NCBI GenBank assembly: GCA_963765205.1
Contig: CAVXVB010000007.1
Span: 64,001 to 128,000 of the forward strand
Length of the DNA: 64,000 nucleotides
Direction of reading: 5' to 3'
Source: an uncultured Verrucomicrobiae bacterium
Lineage (GTDB): Bacteria; Verrucomicrobiota; Verrucomicrobiia; Opitutales; JABDGR01
Shown here one piece after another: positions 1-13,166 of the stretch. The notes below the pieces were generated by a model, which did no database searches, had not been told where the DNA came from, and saw only the letters and a program-made list of their open reading frames with translations. Within the stretch, counting starts at the first letter, position 1. Each line of letters starts with the position of its first letter. The position numbers and the translations under genes are program-made.

Positions 1-2547
1 CTTCAAAATCTCGCGCGGGCTGGAGCCGTTTTCGGGGCCGACGATTCCCTCGGCCTCCAGAATTTCCATGATGCGCGCGGCGCGGTTGTAGCCGATTTTC
101 AAGCGGCGCTGCAGCATCGAGGTCGAGGCCCGCTTGGTCGAACGCAGCACGTCGAGCGCCTGCGGGACCAATTTGTCGTCCCAGTCCTCGTCGTCCGGGT
201 CGCCGCCCTCGCCGTCCTCGTCGCCGCCCGTCTCGATCTGCGCCTGCACGTCGTCGTCGTATTCCGGGTCGCCGTTGCACTTGAGGAATTCGACAATCTG
301 CGTGATTTCCTCGTCGGACACAAAGGCGCCCTGCGCGCGCACCAAATTCGCCGAGCCGGGCGGCACAAACAGCATGTCGCCGCGCCCAATCAGCGCGTCA
401 GCCCCGCCCGTGTCCAAAATCGTGCGCGAGTCCACTTTCGACGCGACCTTGAACGCGATGCGGCAGGGCAGGTTCGCCTTGATGATGCCGGTGATGACGT
501 TGACGCTCGGCCGCTGGGTGGCCAAAATCAAGTGGATGCCGGCGGCGCGCGCGAGTTGCGCGAGGCGCGCCACGCACGTCTCGATGTCCGCCGGCGCCGC
601 CATCATCAAGTCGGCCAGCTCGTCAATGATGCAGACGATATACGGCAGTTTTTCCTTTTTAATTTCAATCACATCCGCGTCGCGCGGCACGGCTAGGTCG
701 CGCGCCGCCGCGCGTTCCTCGGGGGAAAGTTCGGCGTCGAGCTCCTCGGCTTTTTTCTGGGACCGGTCGTCCGGCACGATTTTCGCGTTGAAGCCCGCGA
801 TGTTGCGCGCGCCCACCTGCGCGAACATCTTGTAGCGCCGCTCCATCTCGCGGATTAAATATTTCAGCGCGGCGGGGACTTTTTTCGGGTCGGTGACGAC
901 GGGCACGAGCATGTGCGGCAAACTGTCGTAGCCCTGCATCTCGACGATTTTCGGGTCCACCATGATGAAGCGCAGGTCCTTCGCCGTCATCTTGAACAGC
1001 AGCGACGCGATGATGGCGTTGATGCAGACGGTCTTGCCCGCGCCGGTCGAGCCGGCGATGAGCGCGTGGGGCATTTTGGTCAAATCCACCACCATCGGCT
1101 TGCCCGTCACGTCCTTGCCCAGCACGATGGGAATTTCGGCGGTGGATTCATTCCAGGCCCGCGACTCGATGATCTCGCGCAGGCACACGCCCGCCGGCGT
1201 GCGGTTCGGCACCTCAATGCCCACCGTGCCTTTGCCGGGCACCGGCGCGATGATGCGCACGCCCTCCGCCTTCAAGGCCAGCGCGAGGTTTTTGTCGAGG
1301 TTGACGATTTTCTCGACGCGCACGCCCGGCGCCGGCACCACTTCATAGCGCGTGATCACCGGCCCGGTGTAAATATCGCTATATTGCACCTTGACACCGA
1401 ATTCCGAGAGCGTCTGCACCAGTTGCTCCGCGCGCTGCCGGTGGAACTCCGCGCTGTCAATCTGTCGCGCCTGCGGCGGGGCCAGCAACGACAACGGCGG
1501 GAAAACATAATCGCCCCGCTTCTGTGGCGGCGCGGGCGCGGCCTTCTCGACCTTTTCCTCGGCGATGATTTTTGGCCCCTCGCGTTCCTTCGCCGCGCGC
1601 GCGGCTTTCAACTTCGCCGCCGCGTCGCGCCCGCCGAGGATTTTGATCTCCTCCGGCGTGAGCGCGTGCCCCTCGGCCACGCCGTCATTGAACAATGTGG
1701 GCTGGGATGCCTTGAACGTCCCGTGGCCCTTTGGCGCGTCCACCCCACGCTCTTCCGCAGAGGGCGGGCTGGCGGGCGCGGCAGGTTTGGCCACCACCGC
1801 GAGCGCTGCGGCCTTGGCCGCCGTGTCCGCCAATTCGCGCGCCTTCTGCTTTTCCTGCTCGGCGCGGAGTGCCTTCGCGCTGGCCGCGCGCTGGGTGCGC
1901 CAGCCCATCCACGCCTGTAGCCACCATTCCAACGACTGCCCCGGGTGCTCGGTAAAAATCAAGACCAGGCAAACCACATAAGCCAAGCCCAGCACAATCA
2001 AACTCCCCGCGCGCCCCAGCGGCTGCGCCAGCCCGCTCCCATAGACCAAATCGCCCAGCGCGCCGCCGTAGCCATTATGCAGGTAATTTGAGGCCTGCCC
2101 ACCCGTCTCATGATACACCATATCCGCCAGGCCCGCGCCCGCCGCCAGCGCCAGCGCCATTAACACAAACTTCCACCACCGCACCAGGTGCGCCCGCTGG
2201 CCAAAAAACAAATAGGCCAGCCAGAGCGCAAAGGCTGGCGCGAGGAACATGCCGGGAAAGCCAGTCAGTCGATTCGTCAGCGCCGCATACGTTGCGCCGA
2301 CGGTGCCGGCGACTTTGTTGGGCACGCCGGCGGTGCCATCGGCCAGGTCGGACAGCCAGGAGGATAGATACACCGTCTGCCCCGGATGGTAGCTGAGGCA
2401 CGCCAGCACGGCAAACACGCCCGCCGCCAGGCAGACCAGCCCCCAAAACGGACGCACGGGCGAGCGCCGCGGCGCAAAAACCGTTGTTTCCTTCGGCTTC
2501 GCCTCCACGCGGGAACCATCCAAGTGCTTGTTTTTTTGGCCAAACAT
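1..2547 (-). CDS. ftsK: DNA translocase FtsK (3' end runs off the window)
   Basis: Manual translation (not in the ORF track because the stop is outside the window): N-terminal TM segments, GPVITRYE, PHALIAGSTGAGKT (Walker A), MVDPKIVEM, and the gamma-domain end LEAEGIVGPENGSSPREILK. Confidence 0.95.
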   Translation of the reverse strand, partial: MFGQKNKHLDGSRVEAKPKETTVFAPRRSPVRPFWGLVCLAAGVFAVLACLSYHPGQTVYLSSWLSDLADGTAGVPNKVAGTVGATYAALTNRLTGFPGMFLAPAFALWLAYLFFGQRAHLVRWWKFVLMALALAAGAGLADMVYHETGGQASNYLHNGYGGALGDLVYGSGLAQPLGRAGSLIVLGLAYVVCLVLIFTEHPGQSLEWWLQAWMGWRTQRAASAKALRAEQEKQKARELADTAAKAAALAVVAKPAAPASPPSAEERGVDAPKGHGTFKASQPTLFNDGVAEGHALTPEEIKILGGRDAAAKLKAARAAKEREGPKIIAEEKVEKAAPAPPQKRGDYVFPPLSLLAPPQARQIDSAEFHRQRAEQLVQTLSEFGVKVQYSDIYTGPVITRYEVVPAPGVRVEKIVNLDKNLALALKAEGVRIIAPVPGKGTVGIEVPNRTPAGVCLREIIESRAWNESTAEIPIVLGKDVTGKPMVVDLTKMPHALIAGSTGAGKTVCINAIIASLLFKMTAKDLRFIMVDPKIVEMQGYDSLPHMLVPVVTDPKKVPAALKYLIREMERRYKMFAQVGARNIAGFNAKIVPDDRSQKKAEELDAELSPEERAAARDLAVPRDADVIEIKKEKLPYIVCIIDELADLMMAAPADIETCVARLAQLARAAGIHLILATQRPSVNVITGIIKANLPCRIAFKVASKVDSRTILDTGGADALIGRGDMLFVPPGSANLVRAQGAFVSDEEITQIVEFLKCNGDPEYDDDVQAQIETGGDEDGEGGDPDDEDWDDKLVPQALDVLRSTKRASTSMLQRRLKIGYNRAARIMEILEAEGIVGPENGSSPREILK

Positions 2548-2674
2548 AAATGGTAAAATTGCCCAGCGGGCCGTCCCCATGATGGTGGAACGACCGGCTG
2601 TTTTCACATTACGCGAATTTTGCGATTCAGCAATTCAACAATCGCGCCAAGAGGGCGGATTTTTGAAAAACGGA

Positions 2675-2746
2675 GCATGGTAGGGACGGCTCACCGAGCC
2701 GTCCGCGGGTCCCGCTGAAGCGGGAGAGTGGCGTCCCTACCCCATG
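2675..2746. repeat. GTAG-type REP-like palindrome doublet
   Basis: GGTAGGGACGGCTCACCGAGCCGTCCG followed by an inverted partial copy CGTCCCTACCCATGC; related copies at 7993, 58634 and 61198. Confidence 0.65.
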
Positions 2747-2756
2747 CCTTTTCAGT

Positions 2757-4115
<1,359 letters not shown>

Positions 4116-4151
4116 TCAAAATTATTCTCGTCGGCCGCCGCCGCCACTCCA

Positions 4152-5981
4152 TCACTTCAGTTCGTCGCCAATCAGGGTGTCGGCCGTTTGCAGGGAGTGA
4201 AATTGATCCCGCAGGGCGCCGATGGTTTGGTTGTTCTTCTCAATTTGATCCTTGATCGTGTTTTTTTCATCCGTGGATATCTGGCCGCTGACCAGGCGCT
4301 CTTCCAAGTTTACGTTGGCTTGTTGCAGGGCCGTAATGCGGTCGTTGAAATTGTTGGCGATCTCCGCCCGATTGCGGGTAATTTCGGCCTGATCCTTGCC
4401 GATTAGATTCTGCATAAACCCTTTTTGCTCGTTGGGCAAATCTGTAGACGCAAGGTCTATATTTAACTGGTCGATTTTTTTCTGGTCGTCAATCATCGTC
4501 TGGAACAACGTCTTAACTATGGGTGGTAGTGGCGGTGGCGCCACCTCCTGCTTGAGGGTTTTTGGCAGCGTGTTCAAAAAGGCCTGATCCGTGGCGGCCA
4601 GCTTGGCCACGTCGTAATCGTAGGTCTTCCCGTCCGGCAGCAGGGAAAACTTCACCGTCGTCCGGGTCTGGCCCAGCACCGACACCTGCTGGCTCCGGCC
4701 GCTACTGTCCGTCAAGGTGCAACTAAAGGGATAAGTGATCTGCAGGGTGTCCGGATACAGCCGCAGCAAATCCTGATCCGCGTCCGGCAGCGTGCTCATC
4801 AGGCCATAATGCGCCTCGCCCTTCGTCAACGCGTCGTTCACCGCGGCGGCGTCATCCGTGGGCGTCTTTTCATCCGCTCCCAGCACAAGATATTGAAATA
4901 GGTCCTTGCTGCGGGCCGTAATCTCCACGAGCAGCGTTTTGCCCGCCTGGTCAATCCGCGTCCAGCGCAGGGGAAATTGATCCTGCAGCGAAGCCGGCAG
5001 CGCATTGACAAAATCCTGCTCGACCGGCGTAAGCTTGCTGAGGGGCTTCATCTGTTCGTTGCTGTCCGTCGCCAGGGAGTATTTAACCAGGTCCGTGGAG
5101 TGGCCCAGAATTTTCACCGCGACGGCATTTCCCTGCGCATCCTTGAAGGTATAATCCACCGGATACTTGACCGTGATCTGCTGTTCAGGCAGCGACTCGA
5201 TCACTTCCTGATCCACGGCGGGCAACAGCTTGACCGCCGCCAGATGCTCGCTTCCGTCCGCCACCACCGTGTATCTGACCAGGGCTGCATCCCGCCCCAA
5301 AATCTCCACCGGCGTGCGGTTCCCCGCCGCATCCACGAAAAAATAATCGAACGGACAGGTGATCGTCAGGCCGCTTGGCAGCGCATCCACGACCGCCCGT
5401 TCCATCGTCGGCAAATCAGTCAGCGGCAAATAATGCATGACCTGATCCGCGGTGGTCTTGTATTGCAGGAGAAAATCATTGCGGCCCAGCAGGCTCACCG
5501 ATTGCGCGTTGCCCCGCGCGTCCTTGAGCATGTAGTTGAGCGGCAGCACCAACGCCGACCTCGCCAGTTTCCGCGCGAACGCCTGATCCTCGTCCGATAG
5601 TAGCGCAATCGGATACAGTTCCTTCGTGCCGTCGCCAAGCAGCGTGAGCTTGAGGAGGTTGCCCAGCCGCGCCTCCAGCCGCACCGGCAGCACCTTCCCC
5701 TCCTGCGTGGTCAATGTCCGCTCCTGCGGCAGCCGGTATTGCCAGACATAATGATAATAGCTCCACCCGCCCGCGACCACGGCCAACAGGAATACCATCA
5801 ATTTAAACCAAACCTTCGTCCAAAATGGCGGGGCTGGCTCTGGCGCGCGATACATGGGCCGGTAGGCGATGGGCGTGGCGGTCGCCCGCGTCATGGACCC
5901 CAGCAACAACGCGGCCGGCGGCATCGTGCGGGGCTCCGGATCCGGACCGGGCTCCGGGCCTAGTGGGGTAAGATCATCCAT
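4152..5981 (-). CDS. Membrane-anchored protein with six SHD1-like repeats and a C-terminal coiled coil
   Basis: One TM helix, then six ~55-aa repeats of pattern (T/F)xDxxG...V.l.g......vky....DG......l..L...DQ.f...L, then a heptad-rich tail. Confidence 0.6.
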   Translation of the reverse strand: MDDLTPLGPEPGPDPEPRTMPPAALLLGSMTRATATPIAYRPMYRAPEPAPPFWTKVWFKLMVFLLAVVAGGWSYYHYVWQYRLPQERTLTTQEGKVLPVRLEARLGNLLKLTLLGDGTKELYPIALLSDEDQAFARKLARSALVLPLNYMLKDARGNAQSVSLLGRNDFLLQYKTTADQVMHYLPLTDLPTMERAVVDALPSGLTITCPFDYFFVDAAGNRTPVEILGRDAALVRYTVVADGSEHLAAVKLLPAVDQEVIESLPEQQITVKYPVDYTFKDAQGNAVAVKILGHSTDLVKYSLATDSNEQMKPLSKLTPVEQDFVNALPASLQDQFPLRWTRIDQAGKTLLVEITARSKDLFQYLVLGADEKTPTDDAAAVNDALTKGEAHYGLMSTLPDADQDLLRLYPDTLQITYPFSCTLTDSSGRSQQVSVLGQTRTTVKFSLLPDGKTYDYDVAKLAATDQAFLNTLPKTLKQEVAPPPLPPIVKTLFQTMIDDQKKIDQLNIDLASTDLPNEQKGFMQNLIGKDQAEITRNRAEIANNFNDRITALQQANVNLEERLVSGQISTDEKNTIKDQIEKNNQTIGALRDQFHSLQTADTLIGDELK

Positions 5982-6210
5982 AACCGGAATGATGTTTGGA
6001 AAGGCAAAATACGGCCCCAAATTTGGGATTACACAATCCTAACTTCCTTTGAATTAACATCTACGCAATTCATTCCATTGTCAAGGACGCTCTGTGCATA
6101 GATTGAACCCATCGCGAGGACATAGCAGCCTGGAATTAATTCTGTCCAATAATCCTTCTTTGCGTCCTTTGCTCCTTGGCGGTGAAAAGCCTTGGGTTCC
6201 CCAACCCGCC

Positions 6211-6969
6211 CTAAATTTTTCGCAGCAAGCTCCTGGCCCGCCGTACCCAAACGCGGTCGCGTTTGCGCTGGAAGGGCGCCGCATACGCGTCGTCGGCAAT
6301 GACACTTTTCAATTCCACGCGGGCGGGTTCCGGCTGGTTCATCGCGATATAGATTTCAGCGAGCTGCACCTGGGCGCGCGGATAGGAGTGGTTTTTATTC
6401 ACCGCTTGCCAGAGCTTCAGCGCGGCGTCGGATTTGCCCAGCGCGGTCATGGTTTCCGCCAGCGCCATCATGGTGTAGCCGTAATCGTGGTTCGGGTTTT
6501 CGGCAATGACGCCCTCGAGGAGCGGGCGTGCCTCGGCGGGCCGTTTCAACCGCAGCAGGCACTGGCCCAAATGCGCGCGCGTGGCCAGGTCCTCCGGCTC
6601 GCGCTCCAACGCCGCGCGATAGCAGGCTTCGGCCTGCGTGAGTTTGCCTTGCTGGAAGTAAATGTCGCCCAGTTGCGAATGATGATACGCCTTGTCCAGA
6701 TGGTGGATTTGCGACTGCAATTCCTTGATGCGCCGCCGGTCATACGAGCCCGGCAGCTCAAATCCCTGCGTCGTCGAAACCGACCCGCGGAAAACCAGGA
6801 AGAAATACAGCAGGGTGCATAAACCGGGGAAAATCAGCATCAGGACCAGCCACAGCCACTCCCCGCGCCGCGCGGCGTCCACCACCATCCAAAGCTCGAA
6901 CAAGGCCAGCAGCAGGAACAGCGGATTATGCAGCCACGCCCCCGATAAAATGTAAAAAAGCCAAGACAT
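6211..6969 (-). CDS. Tetratricopeptide repeat membrane protein
   Basis: Two N-terminal hydrophobic helices, then TPR-like helices (LGDIYFQQGKLTQAEACYRAALEREP). Confidence 0.8.
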   Translation of the reverse strand: MSWLFYILSGAWLHNPLFLLLALFELWMVVDAARRGEWLWLVLMLIFPGLCTLLYFFLVFRGSVSTTQGFELPGSYDRRRIKELQSQIHHLDKAYHHSQLGDIYFQQGKLTQAEACYRAALEREPEDLATRAHLGQCLLRLKRPAEARPLLEGVIAENPNHDYGYTMMALAETMTALGKSDAALKLWQAVNKNHSYPRAQVQLAEIYIAMNQPEPARVELKSVIADDAYAAPFQRKRDRVWVRRARSLLRKI

Positions 6970-7084
6970 CAGACACATTAGCGTGCGAGATTTCCGCCGT
7001 TTGGCAACGAAAGTTTCTCAAGGCTGGCGATGGCCCGCGACACGAAGTCCGTTCCTCTTTTGGCTATTTCATAATTCATAATTC

Positions 7085-10000
7085 TTAACTCTTAATTCTT
7101 AATTTTTCTTTCAAGAACGGCGCCGTCGGCGAGTTTTTCCGTCCTACCAATTCTGCCACCGGACCTTGATACAAAATCTTTCCGCCCGCGTCGCCGCCCT
7201 CCGGGCCCAGCTCGAGTACCCAGTCCGCCTCCGCGATCAAATCCAGGTGGTGCTCGATGACGATCACGGTGTGTCCCTGGCTCCACCAACCGGTGCAGCA
7301 AATCAATCAGCCGCGCCACGTCGGCCTGGTGCAGCCCGATGGTCGGCTCCTCCAATATATATAGGTGCTGCTCCGCCGCTCCGCCGCGCAACCGCGCCGC
7401 CTGGCCCGGCAGCCCGCGCGCCAGCTCGCTCACCAGTTTCAGCCGCTGCGCCTCGCCGCCCGAGAGCGTCGGGCTGCTCTGCCCCAGCGTCAAATAACCC
7501 AACCCCGTTTCGTTCATCAGCTCGAGTAGCGCGCGCAGCTTCCGGTGGGCGGCGAAAAAGCCCGCCGCCTCCTCGAACGACATCTTCAGCACCTCCGCCA
7601 GATTTTTCCCATTCCAGCGCAGCTCGCGCAACTCCGGCCCATAGCGGTCGCCTCCGCACTCCTCGCATGGCAGCCACGCCTCCGGCAAAAAACTCATCTC
7701 CAATTTCACGCGCCCCGCGCCCGCGCACGTCTCGCAGCGCCCACCCTTGGTGTTGAACGAAAACCACCCCGCCTCGTGCCCGCGCACCCGCGCCTCCGGC
7801 AATTGTGCGAACAACGCGCGAATGTGCTCGAACGCCCCGATATACGTCGCCGGCGTCGAGCGGGGCGTCTGCCCAATCGGGTCCTGCCCGACCTCAATCA
7901 CCCGCGCCAACGCCTGCGCCCCCGCCACCTCCCGCCACGGCGGCGGCGCAGTTTTCTGCCGCGCCATTTTCTGCCCCGGTGGAGAGCGCCCCGGTAGGGA
8001 CGCCTCTCCGAGGCGTCCGCTCTGCGCCGACAGTTTGCCCGCCATAGCCGTGTCGTAGGTGGGCCATTCCACCCGCGCCAACCCGCGCTCCGCCGCCCAG
8101 GCCGCCGCCGGCTCGAGCACCTCGCGCACCAACGTGCTCTTCCCCGCGCCCGACGGCCCGCACACCATAATCAACCGCCCGAGTGGAAACCACGCATTCC
8201 CACCCTTCAGATTTCTCAACCGCGCCTCCCACACCACCAGCCAATTTTTGGTTTTTGTATTTGTTTTCTCATTGGATGTTCGATGGTGAATGCTGGATGT
8301 TCGATGTTCGCCGGGGCCGCCCGGTGGCACGCTCCGCCAACTTCCCCGCCGCGGATGTCGCAAGCCCTCGCGCAAAAATTTCCCCGTCAGTGACTCGGGA
8401 TGTTTCATCACTTCCGCGACCGACCCCTGCGCCACCACGCGCCCGCCATGCGTGCCCGCCCCCGGCCCGAGGTCAATAATCCGGTCCGCCTGCCGCAGCA
8501 TGTCCTCATCGTGCTCGACCACGAGCAGCGAATTGCCGTGCTCTTGCAACGCGCGCAACGACTCGATCAGCCGTCGGTTGTCTCGCGCGTGCAAGCCGAT
8601 GGACGGTTCGTCGAGCACATACAGCACCCCGGCCAAATTCGACCCCAACTGCGCCGCCAGCCGGATGCGCTGCGCCTCGCCGACCGACAACGTGTCCGCC
8701 GACCGGTCCAGCGTCAAGTAATCCAGCCCAACCCGGTCCAAAAATTTCAACCGCTCGGCTATCTGCGGAATAATTTCGTCCGCGATTAGTTTGCCCCGCG
8801 CATCCGTCTGCAAATGTTTTAGCCGCTTCAGCAACACCGCCGGTGCGAGCGCCAGCAATTCCGGCAGAGACTGCGCCGGCCCCCGAGCGAAATATAGTTT
8901 CACCGCCCGCGCAATCGGGTTCAGCCGCGCGCCCTGGCACGCGGGACAAATCTCCTCAATCGGCTCCGCGTAACTCGGCGCTTCCGCATACAAATCCTCG
9001 TTCGCATCCACCTCCGCAAACAACCGCCCGTGCCCGCGGCAGCGCGGACACCACCCGCGCATCGAATTCCACGAAAAATTCTTCGGATCCAATTCGGCGA
9101 AGGCCTCGCCCGTCGCCGGGTCCGTCCGCGTCGTCGAGAACCACACCGGTTCGCCGCCCTTCGGCTCCAACAAGAAACACGCGCCCTCGCCGACCTTCAG
9201 CGCGCCGTCCAGCGCGCGTGCGATTTCCGCGCCGGAAAATTTCCGCGCCGCTTGGGTTCCAAAATCCGCCACGGCCACCTCCACGTCATGCTCGCGGTAA
9301 CGATCCAGCTTTTGAAATTTATCCACCGGCACCAACTGCCCGTCGCACCGCAGCAGCGCGTGCCCGTGCTTGCGCGCCCATTCGGCCAGCGGCTGGTGGT
9401 GCCCCTTGCGCCCGCGCACCAGCGGCGCGAACAAATATAAATGCGCCGCGCGCCGCCGGCGCGCCAGCTCCACCCGCAACCGTCGCGCCACCGCCTCGCG
9501 CCCCAGCGCCACCAGTGGCTTTCCCGTCACCAAACTGTGCGGCACGCCCAGCCGCGCAAACAGCAGCCGCAAATACGGCGCGACCTCCGTCACCGTCGCC
9601 ACCGTGCTTTTGCGCCCGCCGCGCGTCACGCGCTGCTCGATGGCCACCGTCGGCGGCAGCCCCGCCACTTCGTCCACGTCCGGCCGCGGCAGTTGCTCCA
9701 CAAACTGCCGTGCATACGACGACATGCTCTCCATAAACCGCCGCTGCCCTTCCGCGAAAATAATGTCGAACGCCAGCGTGGATTTCCCCGACCCCGACAC
9801 GCCGGTGATGACGGCGAATTCGCCCCGCGGCAACTCCAGCGATAAATTTTTCAGGTTATGTTCGCGGGCGCCAATGACGCGCAGCGTCGTTGCAGGTTGC
9901 CACTCGGTTGCAAGTTGCAGGTTGCAAGTTGCAGGTTGGCCGACCAGCGCCTTTTCATTTTCCTCAACTTGCAACTTTTCCCCGTCTTTAATTCGAAACC

Positions 10001-13000
10001 CCAAGCTCGAAACCTGAACCCCGTCTTCCTCAACTTGCAACCTGCAACTTGCAACCTGCAACCCGCCTTCTTCTGCCCCCTGCAACTGCTTCCGCAAAAA
10101 TCCCGCCGTCTCCGTCGTTCCCCGCGCCACTTCCTCCGGCGTGCCCTCCGCCACGATTTGCCCGCCCCGCGCGCCTGCCTCCGGCCCCAACTCGATCAAC
10201 CAGTCGCACGCCGCCAGTACGTCTTAACTGATGCTCGACCACCACCACGCTGTGCCCGCGATCCACCAGCCGCTGCAACACTTGCAGCAACCGCCCAACG
10301 TCGTCGCGGTGCAGCCCCGTCGTCGGTTCATCCAATAACAAGAGCGACGGCCCCGCGCCATCCTCGAGTCCGCCTAAATAGCGTACCAGTTTCAACCGCT
10401 GCGACTCGCCGCCCGACAGCGTGTTCAACGGCTGCCCCAGCGGCAAATAGCCCAGCCCGACCTCGACCAGCGCCCGCAGCCGCGCCGCGATTTTTTCCTC
10501 CTTCGTAAAAATTTCCGCCGCCTCGCCTACTTCGAGCGCCAGCACCTCCGCCACGCTGTGCCCCTGCCACGCGCAGGCCAGCACCTCCGGCTTGAAGCGC
10601 CGCCCGCCGCACTCCGGGCACGGCACATACAAATCGCTCATGAATTGCATCTCGACGCGTTCGCTACCCAATCCCTGGCAATGCGCGCACCGCCCCTCGC
10701 CCGCGTTGAACGAAAACTCCCGCGCTGTGAAGCCCGCCGCGCGCGCGCCTTCGCCGGACGCGAACAATTGCCGGACGCCCTCCCACGCGCCGCAATACGA
10801 CGCCGCGTTGCTGCGCGGCGTGCGGCTCACCGGCGATTGATCCACCAGCATCAATTCGGCAAATTTCGGCATCCACACCCGCGCCATCGCCGCCGGCTCC
10901 TGCGCCGGCTCGCCCCGCCGCGCGCGCAATCCCTCATACAACGCGTGCTCGAGGAACGTGCTCTTTCCCGACCCCGACACCCCGCAAAGGCCGACCAGAC
11001 GACCGAGGGGGATGGAGACATCGAGATTGTGCAAATTATGCAGGGTGATGCCTTGCAGGGTGAGAAATGCGGAATGCGGAGTTCGGAATTCGGAATTTTT
11101 CCGACCGGAATTCCTCCTGGCAAAAGATTCCGCACTCCGAACTCTGCGCTCCGCATTCCTTCGCTTCGCCAGCGTCTTCCGCCCGCTCAAATACTGCCCC
11201 GTCAAACTCTCCGGCGACTTCAGCAACTCCGCCACCGTTCCGCTGAAGACCAGCCGCCCGCCCAGCTTGCCCGGCGCCGGCCCAATCTCGACGATGTGGT
11301 CGGCGGCCCGCATCACCGCCTCGTCATGCTCGACCACGACCACGGTGTTCCCCTGGTCGGCCAGCCGCCGCAAAATCCCAATCAGCCGGTGAATGTCCCG
11401 CGGATGCAGTCCCACACTCGGCTCATCCAGCACAAACAACGTTTCCACCAGCGCCGAGCCCAGGCACGTTGTCAAATTCACCCGCTCCGTCTCGCCGCCC
11501 GAAAGCGTCCGCGTCGGCCGGTCCAGCGTCAAATAACCCAAGCCTACCTCGCGCAAATAGCGCAAGCGGGTGAAAATCCCCTCGAGCGCCAAGTCACTCT
11601 GATGCCGGTCTCGCCAGCGGTTCTTTTCCCATTTCAGATTTCAAATTTCTGATTGCAAATTCCTTTTCCAACAACCCCAACAATTCTTCCACCGGCATCC
11701 GATACAAATCCGGCAGCGTCCGTCCGCGCCACTTCCACCACAGCGCCTCCGGCTGCAGCCGCGCGCCGCCGCAATCCGGGCACGTCGAATACGTGCGGTA
11801 TTTCGATAGGAACACCCGCACATGCATCTTATACGTCTGGCCCTCGAGCCAGGCGAAAAACCGCCGCACGCCATACCAATGCTTCTGCCACGTCCCCTCG
11901 CGGTAGCCCGGCTCGCCCGCCAGCACAAACTCCCGCTGCGCCGCGCTCAACTCCCGCCACGCGATCTGCGTCGGAATTTTATGCTTCGCGCACGCCCGCA
12001 GCAAATCGCGCTGGCTCTCGCCGTAAACCTCGCCCTGAAACGGCCGCAGCGCCCCGCCCGCAAGGCTCAGTTTCGGATCAGGAATCACCAACCGCTCGTC
12101 CACTTCAATCACCCGCCCAAACCCCTTGCAACGCGGGCACGCCCCCAAGGGCGAGTTGAAGGAAAACAGCCCCGGCGTCGCCGGCCGGAATTTCCGCCCC
12201 GTGTGCGGCGAATGCAAACCCTCGGAAAACCGGCCCAGCTCGAGGCCCTCGTCGTCAAGCAAACGCAGCGCGCCCTGCCCGAAATGCAGCGCCGCCCGCG
12301 CCGCCTCGAGAAACCGCGTCTCGTTCGCCGCCGCCAGCGCCACCCGGTCCTGCACCACCAGCAACACCGCCCCCGTCGGCAACTCCGCAAAATTCTTTTC
12401 CAAGTCCTCCAGCCGCGCCACTGCCGGGCCATCGCTTGCGCCGGCCCCCCCTGGTTTATTCCGGTTTTTCCCTTTTCCCTTTTCCATTCTTTCTCCGACC
12501 ACCACCGCCCGCGTATACCCCTGCGCCCGCAGCGGCCCGAAAATCTCCGCCCATGACAACTGCGCGGGCTTCCGCACCGCGAACGCCACCAGTACCATCC
12601 GCCCCTCGTCCGGCCATTGCGCGCGCGCCTGGTGCCAAATCGTCCGCGGATTGTCGTCCGCGATCACTTCTCCCGTCTCCGGGTCGTGCAGCCGCGCCGC
12701 GTGCGGCCACCACGCTTTGAAATAATCGCACAGTTCCGTCATCGTCCCCACTGTCGAGCGCGAGGCCTTCACCGTGTTCGTCTGCTCGATGGCGATGGAT
12801 GGGCGGATGTTCTCGATGCTGTCCACCCGCGGCCGGTCCAGCCGCTCCAAAAACTGCCGAGTGTAGGCGCTGAACGTCTCGACATAGCGCCGCTGCCCCT
12901 CCGCGTGCAGCGTCTCAAACACCAGCGACGATTTCCCCGTCCCGCTCAAACCCGTCACCACGATCAACTTCCCCAGCGGCAAATCCAGGTGCAGCCCCCG

Positions 13001-13051
13001 CAAATTATTCTCGCGCACGCCGCGCAGGCGGATGGAATCGGAAGCAGGCAT
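7085..13051 (-). CDS. uvrA: Excinuclease ABC subunit A, tandem-duplicated (double) UvrA; three apparent +1 frameshifts
   Basis: Four Walker A motifs (GLSGTGKSS, GVSGSGKST twice, GPSGAGKST), LSGGE-type signatures and CxxC zinc fingers spread over ORFs 11594-13051, 10030-11592, 7092-10199 and 7085-7306; frame breaks near 11600, 10225 and 7280. Confidence 0.92.
7993..8019. repeat. REP-like palindrome inside the uvrA reading frame
   Basis: GGTAGGGACGCCTCTCCGAGGCGTCCG, same family as 2679-2705; read as GRLGEASLP in UvrA. Confidence 0.65.
9889..10063. repeat. Inverted pair of heptamer arrays, (GTTGCAG/GTTGCAA)n ... (CAACTTG/CAACCTG)n, inside uvrA
   Basis: Directly visible; translated as LQVASCRLQV...QPATCNLQLAT between the two UvrA halves. 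Confidence 0.85.
11066..11159. repeat. Inverted pair of heptamer arrays, (TGCGGAA/TTCGGAA)n ... (TTCCGCA/CTCCGAA)n, inside uvrA
   Basis: Directly visible; translated as RNAERRVRSAES...NSEFRTPHSAF. Confidence 0.8.
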
Positions 13052-13076
13052 GTCACAATTTCAGGAAAGAATTTTT

Positions 13077-13149
13077 ACCACGGAGGCACAGAGAACACGG
13101 AGAAAATTATCAAGTCAATCCCCCTCTGTGTCCTCCGTGCCCTCCGTGG
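13077..13149. repeat. Inverted pair of roughly 9-bp-periodic repeats
   Basis: ACCACGGAGGCACAGAGAACACGGAG ... CTCTGTGTCCTCCGTGCCCTCCGTGG between recQ and uvrA. Confidence 0.75.
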
Positions 13150-13166
13150 CTTTATTTTCTTTCAAA

